A stretch of DNA of 63,193 nucleotides, counting the filler, from Sphacelaria rigidula (taxonomy: Eukaryota): the NCBI GenBank assembly GCA_964200075.2. It is 4 parts of 4 records of this genome, joined end to end, with 100 filler letters (N's around TTAATTAATTAA, not from the genome) between each part and the next. Parts side by side here need not be neighbours in the genome. Positions count along the whole stretch, not along the records: positions 31,656 to 47,379 come from CAXNAA020001625.1; 3 more parts are not named here. One strand, given 5' to 3'. This document shows positions 35,801 through 47,479 of the stretch, piece after piece. Each line of letters opens with the position of its first letter. Positions within the stretch are counted from its first letter, which is position 1. Made by a program: the position numbers and the translations under genes. The notes under the pieces are model-generated. The model worked only from the letters and a program-made list of their open reading frames with translations. It ran no database searches and was not told the DNA's origin.

Positions 35801-38800
35801 TCCTGCATGTTTTCCCGGTATCCCTTTTATCCCCACCCACCTTTGCTTCATCTCGCCGTCAAATCTCCATTTGTTTCATTTTCTACATATTTCCGCCTTC
35901 GGCTTTTCTTTCCTCCACCATGTATTTTTGGATGTTTCTAGCTATGGCATATTCCTCCCACCCTACGGTAGTTTTACTCGATGCATATCTTGCGTGGGTC
36001 TCTCTCCTTGTACAGCCTCCTTCACCTCTTCATCTCATCATTATACTGCTCTGCTGCATACGATCAGTTTCTTCCCTGAATTTCTTCCTGTGGCCTTCAC
36101 CAATTACTCCCATCCCTTCATAATGTTCGTTCTTGCCCTATCCCTTCCTATTTCGGCATTACCTGTACCTACGCTCTCCAACAAGTCGGAAACTTTCACT
36201 GCACTTCTGGTCATGGAACGCTGGCTGTATTCTCATACTTCTAGTTCATCTATTCTGCATCTGTACAGCTTTTACCCCGCCTACTTTTCATAACTCGCCT
36301 GTCGGCTGTCTGTTCGTATCAGGCAATGATCCGTAGTTGCTGCGTCCACTGCGCATAGACGTACTTCCGTGTCCGTACTATTTCCATGTCCTAGCACTGT
36401 ATAGTGAACATGGAGCCTGTTCTCTTTTGAATGCGCGGTTCAGTCCATCGCAGATCTCGCCTCTCCTCTCTATTGTTCAACCTCTTTATCCCGCCATTCT
36501 CAAGGAACTTCAACATCTCTGCCCCATTCGTATTCGTCTTGCTTTTCATGTGGTGCCAAATGTCATCATTCGGTTGGCTTGCGTTCTCCAATCCTTGCAT
36601 GAAAGTCTCCCATCAATACTACTTCTCCTCGTCGTTTGTACTTTCGTAGATGTGCTGCTACCTTTCCGATCTTGCTCTGCATACCTTTTACCGTACTCCC
36701 CGCCCCTGGGGGCATATAAGATCTTACTTCAGAACAAAACTTTGCAGGGGACGGTTGCTTTCAGCATCGTTTGGGGAAAAGGCATATTTGCACCTCTTTT
36801 AGAGAGGGTTATTTCCCTGACTCGAAATTGTTTTGCGGGAACGCGGTCGAGGCCGTTCTCAGGAGCAGTCTACGCAGACACAGAGCACAACGCAGTGATT
36901 GCCCGAAAAGCCCACCGAAAAAAATGGGCAACTTCGCTGAGGGCACAACAAAACACCCATCCCTCCTCTGTTATCTAGCAAGAGTAAAATACTAGAGAAT
37001 TTGTTCGAAGATTTCACACACCTGCAAAAGGATCAAACGGCCCTCAGCGTCATGCCCCAGCGCACTCCTCGCCAACTTCGCCGTCAGTACATCCTCCAGA
37101 CCCCCCACCACTTGATCCCCCTCCGTTTCACCGGTCCACCCAGGTCGCAAGATGTCCAAATGACCCTCCCGGGCCGACGCCTCTACGTAGTTCGCGCCGG
37201 ACCGGACCAACCAACCCGCACCAGATATTAGATCCTGGAAAGGGTTGGACTCGTCCATGATTTCTGGCGCGGTTACCATGCCCACCACGTACTTTCCCCC
37301 GCGGACCCCGAAATTCACAAGACCTGATGCGAGAGACATTAGGTCAAGCGTGCATGTTGTCAAAAGCAGATTGGTGGAGAAGGAGGGGATGTACTCATGA
37401 TCTTGCGTACCGCAGTCATATGGTCATTGATCTCGCATCCCTCCAAAGCCGGGAAGGAGTACGCCGAGTTTTCGCCGCACCTGGCTCGCAGTCACCGAGC
37501 GCGAAGCGCCGTGATGTGCGAGGCGATTCGCAAGAAGGGTGAGCTACATCCCATGTAGATGGCTCGGGTCGAACCGTAGATATTATCTTGCATATGGATG
37601 ACAGCCTCTCATGAGTTGCTTCATTTACTGGTATCGACACGTCTAGAGACAGCCACGGGTTACGCCGCCTCATGAATGTCCCACCATTCAAACACTACGT
37701 AGTATGATCACCCCCTTTGCGCGGAGCTGAAGTTCTCCACCCCGCACAGTATGCTCATGCTCCGTCTCGAAAGGGATGCGTGGTCAATGGTCAAACGAGT
37801 AAGGCAAGCAACAAATAAGTACGCACAGTATGCTCTAGCTCAACCACTATCATGAATCGTAAAAAAAAAATGCAAGCAAAAAAACTGTAATCTAGTCGCC
37901 TAGCTTCGCAGTGAGTTGCGTGTTTCGCAGCGTCATTGCCAACCCTCAGAAGGGCAAAGGGAGGGAGGGTACAAACCAAGGGCTGCTCGATGGAACGGGG
38001 GCGTTTAGCACAGGAAGAGTAAAAGATACCTCTTCAGTTTGTATGATTCACGACGTACACCGTGTTGATGCAGAAGACGTCTCAAACTGAAGTTTCAGAA
38101 GAAACAAGATCGGGTGACCATCCCTCCCATGACGTATGCATGCTCACAAACTATTTCAACATCCCACTTCTGAGTAATCACCCTCATGAACACAACACAA
38201 GGGAAGGAGATGGAAGGGATGGAAAGAGGGGAAAGGGGTGTGCACCCCCAGGGCACGCCGGGAATCCTACGTGTAGTATGTGGACTGCGACGGGCCATGA
38301 GGGTCCCGCTAAATCGCAGAGGCCGTGCGAGGATTTCGACAGTCAAAACCCCCGTCTGTAAAATTGACGATATGTAAGGCTACCGATCTGTTTCACTATC
38401 CTCATATATCAACCTAGAATTTACAAAGGGGGGGGGGGGCGTTCTCATGTGTTGCTTGCCTAAATATTTACAAAGGGGGAAGGGGAAAAGGGGGGCACCC
38501 ATGGCCGATTCACTTTCGGCTATTTTTGCGGACAACACGTTGAGATGTGTTCGTCTGGGGTCGAGCATTGAAATGGAGCTCAATACCCTCGCAAAATCTC
38601 ACATTTTTGCCCGAATAGTTTCATCAACGCAAGCAAGTTTGCATATAATTTTCTGTTGAAGCGTCCCCCAGCTTGCCTTGTCGCGCATTGTTGCTCCGGT
38701 CTCAAAAGCCGTGCGTATCTTCATTCATAAATTCCAAACGGCGCTCACCAGGTGAGGGAAGCTGCTTTGATCGGATTCCCTCATCTTCGAAGAACATGAT

Positions 38801-41800
38801 CCCGGTGGGGGGTTCGAGCCCTGGGAAAATTCTCAGAGAGCAGGTATTTCTTTACCCGTGAAATTTCCCACTTTTACAGCTGTAAAACGTTTCCAGAAAC
38901 GGAATTTCCCGTCCGAAAGACAAACAGCGACACTTCACTCCACATGAATAGTGTTCCATCGTTATCATTTACAGAGACGCTCGAAAAAAACTGGAACCAT
39001 TTTTTATGACACCCGAAAGAAGCCAACGAAAGGCCCTTCTCTCACCTGTGAAAGCCGTTTAAAATGTACGAAAGGAGGAACATTTGGATGTAGAGACCAG
39101 AGCGACAATGCGCGACGAGGTGAGCTAGGGGAAGGGGGAAAATACAAAGTGGCATGCGTTGGTAAAACTACCCGGGCGAAAATGCGAACTTTCTCAAAGG
39201 GGTTTGGGCCCCATTTCAATGTTGAACCCCGTTATCAGGAATCATATTCCTACATATATATATATATATATAGCCGTATATATACGGCTAGACCTCGCCA
39301 GTTTCCTGCTTAGGGAACAATGCTGCGTCCGTGCTATCTCGAGGACGCACCGTCAAGTACCAAAAGTAATAAGGCACGTGAATCCTCAAGAATGTTCTCC
39401 ATGGATCCATGTCTTGTGAAAACAGTCTGAAAGCTGGGACTGGTAGTCGATGAATACCAGATGTCTTCGATCTTGATTCATGGGGGGGGCATGTGAAGTC
39501 AAGCCATTCGCACCCTCCCCTCCTCACCTGCACCTGCTGGTGCTCCGTCTCGAAAGGGAGGCGTGGTCAATGGTCAAACGACTAAGGCAAGCAACGAATG
39601 AGTACACCCCCTCCCCCCTCCTCACCTGCCCTCTTTTTTCGCATCCACGCCTGTCGATTCAGCCCCGAGCCGACGGTCAGTTAAGTGTCTAATCAACATT
39701 TCCAGAGGTGGAAGTTGGCACACGTCTAAAACATTTGGTTCCATGTACTACACTCCACTCCACTCCACTACACCACAGAATCTCCCCTCCCCGCACACCA
39801 TGCCACCCTGAACGCTCACCAGTGGAGTCATTTTCAGCGCGGAGGACATGACCCCCGGTGACCAGATTCCCGACACAACCAATCGCACCACCCGGCAAGC
39901 TGAGCATACCCGCCGCTACCGTCGCCTGACATCCCAAGCTCTCGGCCGCGAGCCAAGCTTGCTCCATCTGGACGTCAAGACCCAACCGCGCTCTGGCCTC
40001 ATCGGGAGACTCGTCCTCTGAGAGGGTCGCGTTTCGCCTGGTTGGTCGAAATTTTCTGGAGGTCTCCGATGCGAGGGCGAGAGCTGCGGTGCCGACGGAG
40101 TGACGCCAGGGAGGGTGTAGGCGGAAGGGGGGGGTAGATGGAGGGGAGATAGAGGGCAGACATTCGGTCCAAATAACATCGAGGTATGCTACAATGAGGT
40201 GTCCAACGATCCTCGTTTTGGCTTTGACTGAAATGAGAAGAAAATAGACATATTGGATGGAAACTGAGGGCAGACGATGAGGAGGGGATACGGGTGCGAC
40301 ATACTACACTAGAAGAGTGAGAGAGTAGCCTGAAACACGAAATGAACACCCCCAGCGGGTATGGTCGGTTCATATCGAGATTGAGATTGTCCGGAGTTGT
40401 TCTTTACTCTGTGGAAGTAGCAGCTGAGATACTGAGTTCCGGTAAATGAACAGCTACAATAGGTTTATAATACGAAAAGCTACAGCTGCTGAGAAACCTC
40501 GTCCTTGACTGGTGATACGTGGCAGAATTCTAGAAAGTCTATGGAGTCCGATATTGTCGGCCGACATGTCAAGCCAGGGGTGAGTTTGCAGGCCTCATCA
40601 GCTTGCTATAACAAAACCATTCCAAGGCGTATCCACGTCGAGAGGGGCTAGCTGGAGTGAAGCCAAGGCAGTTGTGAGATGGTGCTAGGGTGGGCTGTAG
40701 TACTGCACGTGAGGAAGGCGCGGGGGCTTGTTCAATAGCCGCGGTACCGAGCTTGCCTGCGAACAACGCCGTGCAATTTTCGCGTGCGTGGGTCGGGAGG
40801 ATCACGCCAGGGTTGGTTCAAGGTTGGCCAGCCGCGGTCAAGAAGTCCAGTCTGAGGACTTCAATCCGTGGTGATATACATCAGGAGCAGACGCTGTGGC
40901 CATCGTTGCATGGTAGTAAAGCACGTCTTATGGGGAGCAACTTATGGGGAGCACGTGTATGGGGAAGAGTTGTTCCTGTGCTTGGAACGTGGCAGCGGCT
41001 ACCTAGAAATACTATCGAGGTGTTACAGTGTGATTGCTCATCATGTACGCATGTGATGGCTCACTGTTTAGTAGGAGGTGTAGAGGTAGCGACAAAGCTT
41101 AATCGATTGCTCAAGGTCACGAGGTCCAGGGTCGAAGTTCACAAGCGTAGAGCGGCGCATGGACTGCGCCGAGTCAACAAGGGGTTTTGAGCGGGCTCAA
41201 CTCCCACACTGCCTTGAGCAAAGCTTTCCGAAGGCTCGAGGCGCCTACCCTACATGATTGCCGCGAGGCGGTCTATCCGAGCCTCGGGGTAATCGGCACA
41301 CGGACCCGTTCGCGGGGTAACTGTTAAGTAAGGTTACCTGCTTCCTTCAAGGGAAAAAAAATTAGGTGTTTTCGCCACTTGGTCAATGAAGAAATTTCTC
41401 GTGAACATATATTTTTTTCAATAACGCTAACCCTAACCCCAACCCCAACCCCAACCCAAGGCATACCGAGAACCCCGATTTTGACGGAAACGCGTTCTGC
41501 GCACGCGAGGGGCAGTTTGGGCTGTGAGTCCCGCTGAAGATCTGAATATCGGTGATGACACTCAAATCAAGTAATAAAACTGCGGGAAGTTTTCATCGAT
41601 CGAGTGGCAAATACTCCTGGAAGGGGGGTCACAAGGTGCAGCAATATGCCATCACCGATGACAAGTGGTAACTGAAGCGAGAATGATGACTGACCCTGCT
41701 GCTGCAGATGTTCAAACGGTTGTGCCTCCATGAGCCGATGAGAAAGCGTGAGAGGCGAAGATCCTAGGTGATTGCTGCCGCCGCACCAGCCTGTAGCTGC

Positions 41801-44800
41801 AGGGGGTGCGATGCTCGTGATGATGGCGAGCAGAGCGAGCATAGTGAGCTTGGGGGTTGTCATGCTCACGGCGAATCTATCTGCTCCGATGATACGGCGG
41901 AAGATCGTTCACATGATTCGGAGGGGTGTCTGCTTGAAGGAAAAAGTGGATGCAAGTGGGTGGATGTGGATTCACTGGAACGAGCTTCGGTCGACGACCA
42001 GCGTGCAGCTGAGCGCATACCTTGCATGCTCGAAGCTACAGAGGTATGTGACCCGCTTGAAGTGGGCAGGCAAAGGGGGCATTAGGCTAGTGATGCTATT
42101 AGTGATCACAATTGCTAAGGCGACGTGAAGTGTTTGCGTGGTGTGAGATGGTTGCATGCATCGGTGTTCACATGGACAGCTGTGCCGTGGTTAGCGTCGA
42201 CGTCTCTCTGCTGGTGCGTCATGGGATAGTTGAGGGTGAACAATGCCATCGGGAGGTGTTGCTAGGCGGGGCTGTGCGGCTGCTCACACCTCGCCTCAGT
42301 TCCACCCGTAAAACCCACTCAAGAATAGGTGCTTTGCACTGCGCAAGTATCTGTGGGGGAAGATGATTTGTCGCATTGGTTTGGCGCTGCGGGTATCCCG
42401 CTAGGTGGCAACCTGGGCGGCGCTGTGCGGGTGCGAGTTGTAGCTGTACTTATGATGCGACGAGGGAGTGTTAGATTTGAACCCCTGCTCTATAGCGTGC
42501 ACGACGTTGTGGTTCGAACGCTGCTGTTCCTCAGGAGGGTTGGAGGACTACGAGAAAGAAAGTACGTGAGGTGTTTGCTGTTGTGGTGAGCGCGGGGTGA
42601 GGTGATGTTGAAGAGCAAGCACTGGTGTGATTGAGAGTTGAGGATGAGGAAATAAACCACAACTGATATTTGTGAGTCATTCAATGATACGATCATTGTT
42701 TCTTAGGTGATTGTAGTTATGTGCGTGTTGCTGTTCCGGCATGAGGTATGATGGTTAAGCGAGGATGGTCGTATTGCATGTGCTGGGTAATTTGCTGGCG
42801 TACATGTGAATGATAGGGATGTACGTGTTTATGCTGCTCTGGTTGGCACGCATGATACATGGTTTCTGCAAGAGGGGTCGTACTGCACGTACTCGGTGAA
42901 ATGCTGGCATGCACATGTGAACTCTTCGCTACGGTATGCTACTGATGTGCACGGCGTTTACACCCGGGACGACAGAATGCACTGGCAAAATGTTCTAGTA
43001 TTTCGGAGGCGTTACGGCTGGCAAATCGAAAATGAAACGTGAAGATTAAATTAGAGCTTGGTGGCGCGCCTGATCTAGTGAAGGTATGCCATTGACATGT
43101 GTTTTGTATACCTGTGTGGAAGGCCGTAGCTGCATCGAGGCGTGTGATGTTAAGATGCCGAATTGGACAGCAACGGATTGATTTGCTAGACATTGGATAT
43201 GGCTCATGGTTGATTTCGCAAGTGTGCAGTGCATGAGAATCAATTGAGGGTTGGATATGAAGATTCCGACTCGTGCATGATCGATGGGTTCTTATAAAAA
43301 GGTATCGTGGGGTATCATGGGCACATTCAGAACTGTTCCGCAGAGCACCGCCGGTGCTCGGCAGATTGTGAGAAGCCAACCTACCGGTCGGGGGCGGCAC
43401 CGGACTTTCACGAGTGTGCCTTTTCTTGAAATTCTCGCCGAGTACCGTTCGATAAATAACTGATCAGCGGCTAGTTGAGCGGATCTTCCGAGGCCTGTTT
43501 GTTGTTCGGCTCGACTGGCGCTTGTAGTGAAACATGACTATACATGCGATATATACTTTCCTGCGAGACAATGGGATGAGCCCCCGCGCCTGTCACTCCT
43601 GATTTAGGCTCAATCAACAACCTTTACACAACATATTTTGCTTCCACGGATCCTTCGAGTCCTTACTGGTGGCCCTAGTTTGTCGGCGAGGCGTGCTAGT
43701 TCATACTGTATCCTACTTCACCTTCCGCATAACCCTCGAGTCTGTTAATTGACTGTAGAGCGATCCGTGTCCACTACTGCGAGATGCAGCAGCTACTAAA
43801 ATACCTCACAACCCCCTTCGGATAAACAATAAAAAGGCTCAAGTTTGACTACGTGTCGCTAGCAAGCAAGCTTTGGGGGTGATGTAGCCCCTGGCCATCA
43901 TAGCTACCAAGGTTAGGTACACGAATATCAACGCGTAGTGGGCAAGTTTACAGCCGGTTGATGGATCGCGAGTCTGCGGGTATGATCGGCGGACTCCGTG
44001 AGTGTTAGTGTACGATGAAATACAGCTGCTGAAAACTACGAGACCATCATGGGAGGAGTCCTCGTAGCTTACTGGTGTTGAGTGACATAATTCTATAGAC
44101 AAACCAACAACACAACCCACCTCCGTCAGCAGCACAAGCATTCGGCGGCGCCGCGATCGAAAAGTGCCGTCTTGGGTTGAGCAGCCGCAGCAACTTTCCC
44201 CGCACGGTACGGCTGCCTCCCTCACAGCTCCCGTATCCGGGGCCAAGCGCCTCTTGCTGTTCCAGCTCTGCCTCCGGGGGAGCGAAGATGGACTCGAACG
44301 CCGTCACCTCTACCTGAGGGTACATGTCACCAACGCCTGGTGATACGAACAGTGGTGCGCCCGGGGAGAGAGAAGTGACGGGGTTATCCTGTAATGGGAG
44401 AGCGGGGGTACTGGAGATGTGACACGAGTGCAGATATGAGTACAGCAAGTGAACGTGTCGATGCATATCTAGAGCACGGATGTGTCCGTAAAAAAAACTT
44501 CTTCGAGTAGGTCACCATAGGAATTACACTGAAGTCTGATGCTTGACAAGAGCGGTGTTCCTGCAAAATAAATCAGTCCTATATTCTACAGGTTCGACAG
44601 TAGATATATTGGTATGTGCACATGGGTGCCCCTCCTCTGTGTAGGCAAAATACCCAAAAGTTCCAACACGTTTGTTTCAGATATCATCGTTGGGGTAGGC
44701 TCAGGTGTCGAACAATCGTTCGATTTTTGAGTAACAACATTGTACGTATGTGAGCTCTTTTTTCAGAGAGGTGGGCGGAGGCGGGAGGAGGCGGGGGGGA

Positions 44801-45695
44801 GGGGGGGGTACTCATTTGTTGCTTGCCTTGGTTCTTTGACCATTGGCCACGCATCCATTTCGAGATGGAGCAGGGGGGAGGGAGCAGATAATTTCCGGAT
44901 GGTAGTTTCGGCATTTTTGCATCATCTGTACGCTCTTGTACACGCAAAATGCAGAATCTACCATCAAGTGGGTATTTTGTTGCCGCGCACGCGTGCGCCT
45001 TACGGTGCTCCTGGAAGACCAAAACAGAGCAAGGAGCAGACGGGAAGTCTTCCGGTGCCGGGCCGGCGCAACGGGAGAGCCGTTAGAGAAGAAAAAAAAA
45101 AAAAGTGGTCTTCTCTCTCCTGTCTTTCGTGTGTAATCCGATCAAGTAAGGTTTGCCTTGGAAAAAAAAAAAAAAAATCACACGAAAGACTACGTATCCT
45201 GGTGTGGCGTAGTGGCGTAGCTGGCTGCCACCAACGCGCCTAGATGAAACACTGTGCGTGATGACAACGGCACACTTGAGTCCATGACACGTAACTAGTA
45301 CACTGCGCTAAAAGATTACCTACCTCCAAGTTCATCTTCATTTTTGTGACTTTACGACTGCTGCACCTTCAGTACGTATATGAAATCTTGGAAATATTCG
45401 CAGTTGTCGCAAGGGTTGATGAATCAGAACTCTTCACGCACCACGCACATTCTTGGCAGTCACTTTTGAGCGAGCAGACACGACGATGCCCACTTCCGAG
45501 TCTTTCCAGTTTTATTACTCCCCTTTGGGGAAGGGGGGGGGGGGGGGGGGGCTCCCCTTTTACAACGCACGGTTTGGGTTGGTGGCAAAACACTTCATGC
45601 ACAAAAATCAATAAAAANNNNNNNNNNTTTTGTTCCCGTCCTTTTGGACCCCGCGCCCCCCCCCCCCCCCCTGTCTTTTTTTTTTGTTTTTGTTG

Positions 45696-45729
<34 letters not shown>

Positions 45730-46396
45730 GCTCCCATCTTACAACGCACGGTTTGGGTTCGTCGCAGAACACTTCATGCACGATAATCAATCAGATCAAC
45801 CGGATCAATCAACCAACCAACCGAACAGTAGGCCAACGTTTTTCAACCCACAGATGACGACACACATCTGCCGGGCGCTAAAGCTCGTAGTATTTCACGT
45901 ATATTACCACCCTTTACCGTACACAAAACTCGATACACGAACTAGTGACATTGACACCGATACGTGAACTCAAGAGGATAGCCTCGGGATCAGAGCGTTA
46001 GGCCTTCCCCCGCCTCCACAAACCCCTCCCCCACAACCGCTCTCTCCTACCTTCGCCGCCTGCTGAGATCGCCATGTCGTGCTCATCCAGCCGCGGTGCA
46101 ACCACCATCACCTCAAACGTGTCCACTTCGCTCTCCCACATTTCGTAGGCAAACGCAGCCACGAGGAAGGTCGTCTTCCCTTCATCCACCCAGGTCACCT
46201 TCGACCCGGGCTCAGCCGACAGGGAGAGAGGGGACGAGACCGTGGGGGATGATACCCCGTCGGTGGTATAGTAGATGGTGGAGTTGGGCGTTTCGCAGTC
46301 CATCGTGATGGTGACATTGCGGAGGTAGGCCTTGCCCTCGCGATGATAGGGGTCCACTTCGCCCTCGAAGGTTAGCACCGGAGTTGCGACACGCTC
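32487..46396 (-). CDS. NAGPA: NAGPA-like (N-acetylglucosamine-1-phosphodiester alpha-N-acetylglucosaminidase / phosphodiester glycosidase) protein with an N-terminal CHB_HEX_C/Fn3-associated domain. Exons 46396-46051, (45010-45004), 44410-44121, 40083-39820, 37323-37022, 32877-32487; partial at both ends
   Basis: Blocks collinear with human NAGPA as I recall it: VRGKLLRLLNPRRHFSIAAP (GHLTRAVEPLRTFSVLEP), GCVGNLVTGG (ECLGNVVSD), NPFQDLISGAGWLVRSGANYV (NPFVQLLSGVVWLIRNGSIYI), ARSALGHDAEGRLILL (ARTAIGHDRKGQLVLF), GLDLTELADVLIEAGAVNAINL (GINLWEMAEFLLKQDVVNAINL) and RCDVPVSSIVCVH (RCPRQVSTVVCVH). Splice phases 1,1,0 are consistent for the last four exons. Confidence 0.88.
33380..33700 (+). mobile_element. 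MITE family C copy
   Basis: Ends GGGGGTGTCTCATG...TATGATCATCCCC; homologous to 37385-37716. Confidence 0.75.
33860..36690 (-). mobile_element. Decayed non-LTR retrotransposon (LINE) inside an intron of the NAGPA-like gene
   Basis: Minus-strand fragments REFTREQVTESVAKLKYRKAAGIDEMVNEFI, EVAQGCK*SPAFFKTFI (QGC.LSP motif) and SGLVFADE (F/YADD). An endonuclease-like fragment NTNGAEMLKFLE lies upstream. Many stops. Confidence 0.85.
37022..37323 (-). CDS. NAGPA: NAGPA-like exon (LVNFGVRGG...ARSALGHDAEGRLILLQ)
   Basis: catcag|GT acceptor and CAG|gtgtgt donor. Confidence 0.88.
37385..37716 (+). mobile_element. MITE family C copy, complete
   Basis: Short TIRs GGGGATGTACTCATG / TATGATCACCCCC. Confidence 0.75.
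37758..37822 (+). mobile_element. ~68-bp mobile module D (copies also at 39541-39610, 44805-44872 minus, 47480-47547)
   Basis: TGCTCCGTCTCGAAAGGGATGCGTGGTCAATGGTCAAACGA.TAAGGCAAGCAACAAATGAGTAC. Flanked here by the 14-bp direct repeat CGCACAGTATGCTC. Confidence 0.75.
39820..40083 (-). CDS. NAGPA: NAGPA-like exon (ALALASETSRKF...GCVGNLVTGGHVLRAENDST)
   Basis: ccgcag|CT acceptor and G|gtgagc donor; phase 1/1. Confidence 0.78.
40560..43400 (-). mobile_element. Highly decayed non-LTR retrotransposon, possibly CRE/RLE-type, in a NAGPA-like intron
   Basis: Only weak fragments (VQFGI..., ILSSR..., RIEVLRLDF...ILPTHAREN...AAIEQA) resembling RT plus restriction-like endonuclease elements. No long ORF. 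Confidence 0.35.
41188..41537. mobile_element. MITE-like insertion carrying telomere-like repeats (family E)
   Basis: Imperfect TIRs TGAGCGGGCTCAACTCCCA / TGGGCTGTGAGTCCCGCTGA. Internal TAACGCTAACCCTAACCCCAACCCCAACCCCAACCC at 41422-41457. Confidence 0.5.
44121..44410 (-). CDS. NAGPA: NAGPA-like exon (…DNPVTSLSPG…NPRRHFSIAAPPNACAADG)
   Basis: G|gtgggt donor. The exon starts at either 44410 (tccag|T) or 44388 (tacag|GAT). Confidence 0.75.
46051..46396 (-). CDS. Exon encoding a chitobiase/beta-hexosaminidase C-terminal (Fn3-associated) domain
   Basis: ERVATPVLTF...VTITMDCETPNSTIYYTTDG.SP...TTFLVAAFAYEMWESEV matches the VATP...TIYYTTDGS.P signature. ccgcag acceptor and G|gtagga donor. Confidence 0.8.
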
Positions 46397-47379
46397 CTGC
46401 GGACAAGGGCGGATTTTGGGTTTGTCTCGTTTTGGCGGGAGGAGACGAAGGGCGAAGAGGAATACATTCTTCCATTTTCTTTTCCAAAAATTCTGCCGTC
46501 ATATATATATATATACATATATACTACCAAAAACTGTTTTTCAACTTTTAAAATATGCTTCTTCTTTAAGTTTCGAAGGAAAAAAAGATAACAGCGTTGT
46601 AACAATTACGCGAATCATCACGTGCCACTGACTGTAATCTGTTGCCTCAGAAGCGATGTTGTGACTTCACCAAACCCCTCTCCTCTCGAGATTTGTGATC
46701 TGCCCCCCGCTTCATCCCACTACTCTCTCGATGCGATTGATTGTCGTATATCCTATCCACCCGGCCTGCTGTAATGGCGGGGGAGGGGGAGGGGCGTTGA
46801 ATTACTTGACGTTTCATCATTGCAGAGGCATGAGACCAAGACACGGACCTTCGAACTTTTTTTCAAGTACAAAACCCGAGTCATGGGTGACGACAGATGA
46901 AACTCAATAAAAAAGGTGGCGGGGGCGAGGGATAAACGGCTGCGTATTCATTACTGTAGCTTGTTTAGCAAAACCCTCGACCGAACTACTATGAAGTGAC
47001 TGAGAGGGATGAAAATGTTAAAGCTGAACCATGATGAATTGCTCCTGTGAGCATCTGTACAACGTTGGTGCTTACTCAACTGTAATGACACGACCTTGTG
47101 CCGCAAAGAACCTGCACTGTGTACACACCGAGACATTGGAAAAAAAAAGTCAAACACACTGAGCATATGACACTATCGCCAAGAGAGAACAAAACCGTAC
47201 AAATAAGTATCCAATACAAGAAAGATCCAGAATGATTCAATGAGAAATAAACGAGAGAAAAAAAAAAACGAAACACACGAAGAAAAAAAAACAGGACAGA
47301 ACGAAAAAGGAAAAAAAAAAAGAAGCGAAAAAAGAAAAAAAGGACCCAGAGCAGAACGGAGGGCAACCAACACACCCCG

Positions 47380-47479
47380 NNNNNNNNNNNNNNNNNNNNN
47401 NNNNNNNNNNNNNNNNNNNNNNNTTAATTAATTAANNNNNNNNNNNNNNNNNNNNNNNNNNNNNNNNNNNNNNNNNNNN
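47380..47479. other. Artificial contig junction
   Basis: 100 nt N spacer with TTAATTAATTAA. Confidence 0.97.

Noticed and set aside
35757..36978. Long plus-strand ORFs (178 and 213 aa)
   Set aside because: Antisense shadows of the decayed LINE with pyrimidine-biased composition.
45530..45790. Tandem duplication around poly-G
   Set aside because: It flanks a 10-N gap and one copy looks like a low-quality read after a homopolymer; likely an assembly artefact.
47240..47379. Lys/Glu-rich ORF or A-rich repeat
   Set aside because: Contig-end sequence with degraded, A-biased base calls.
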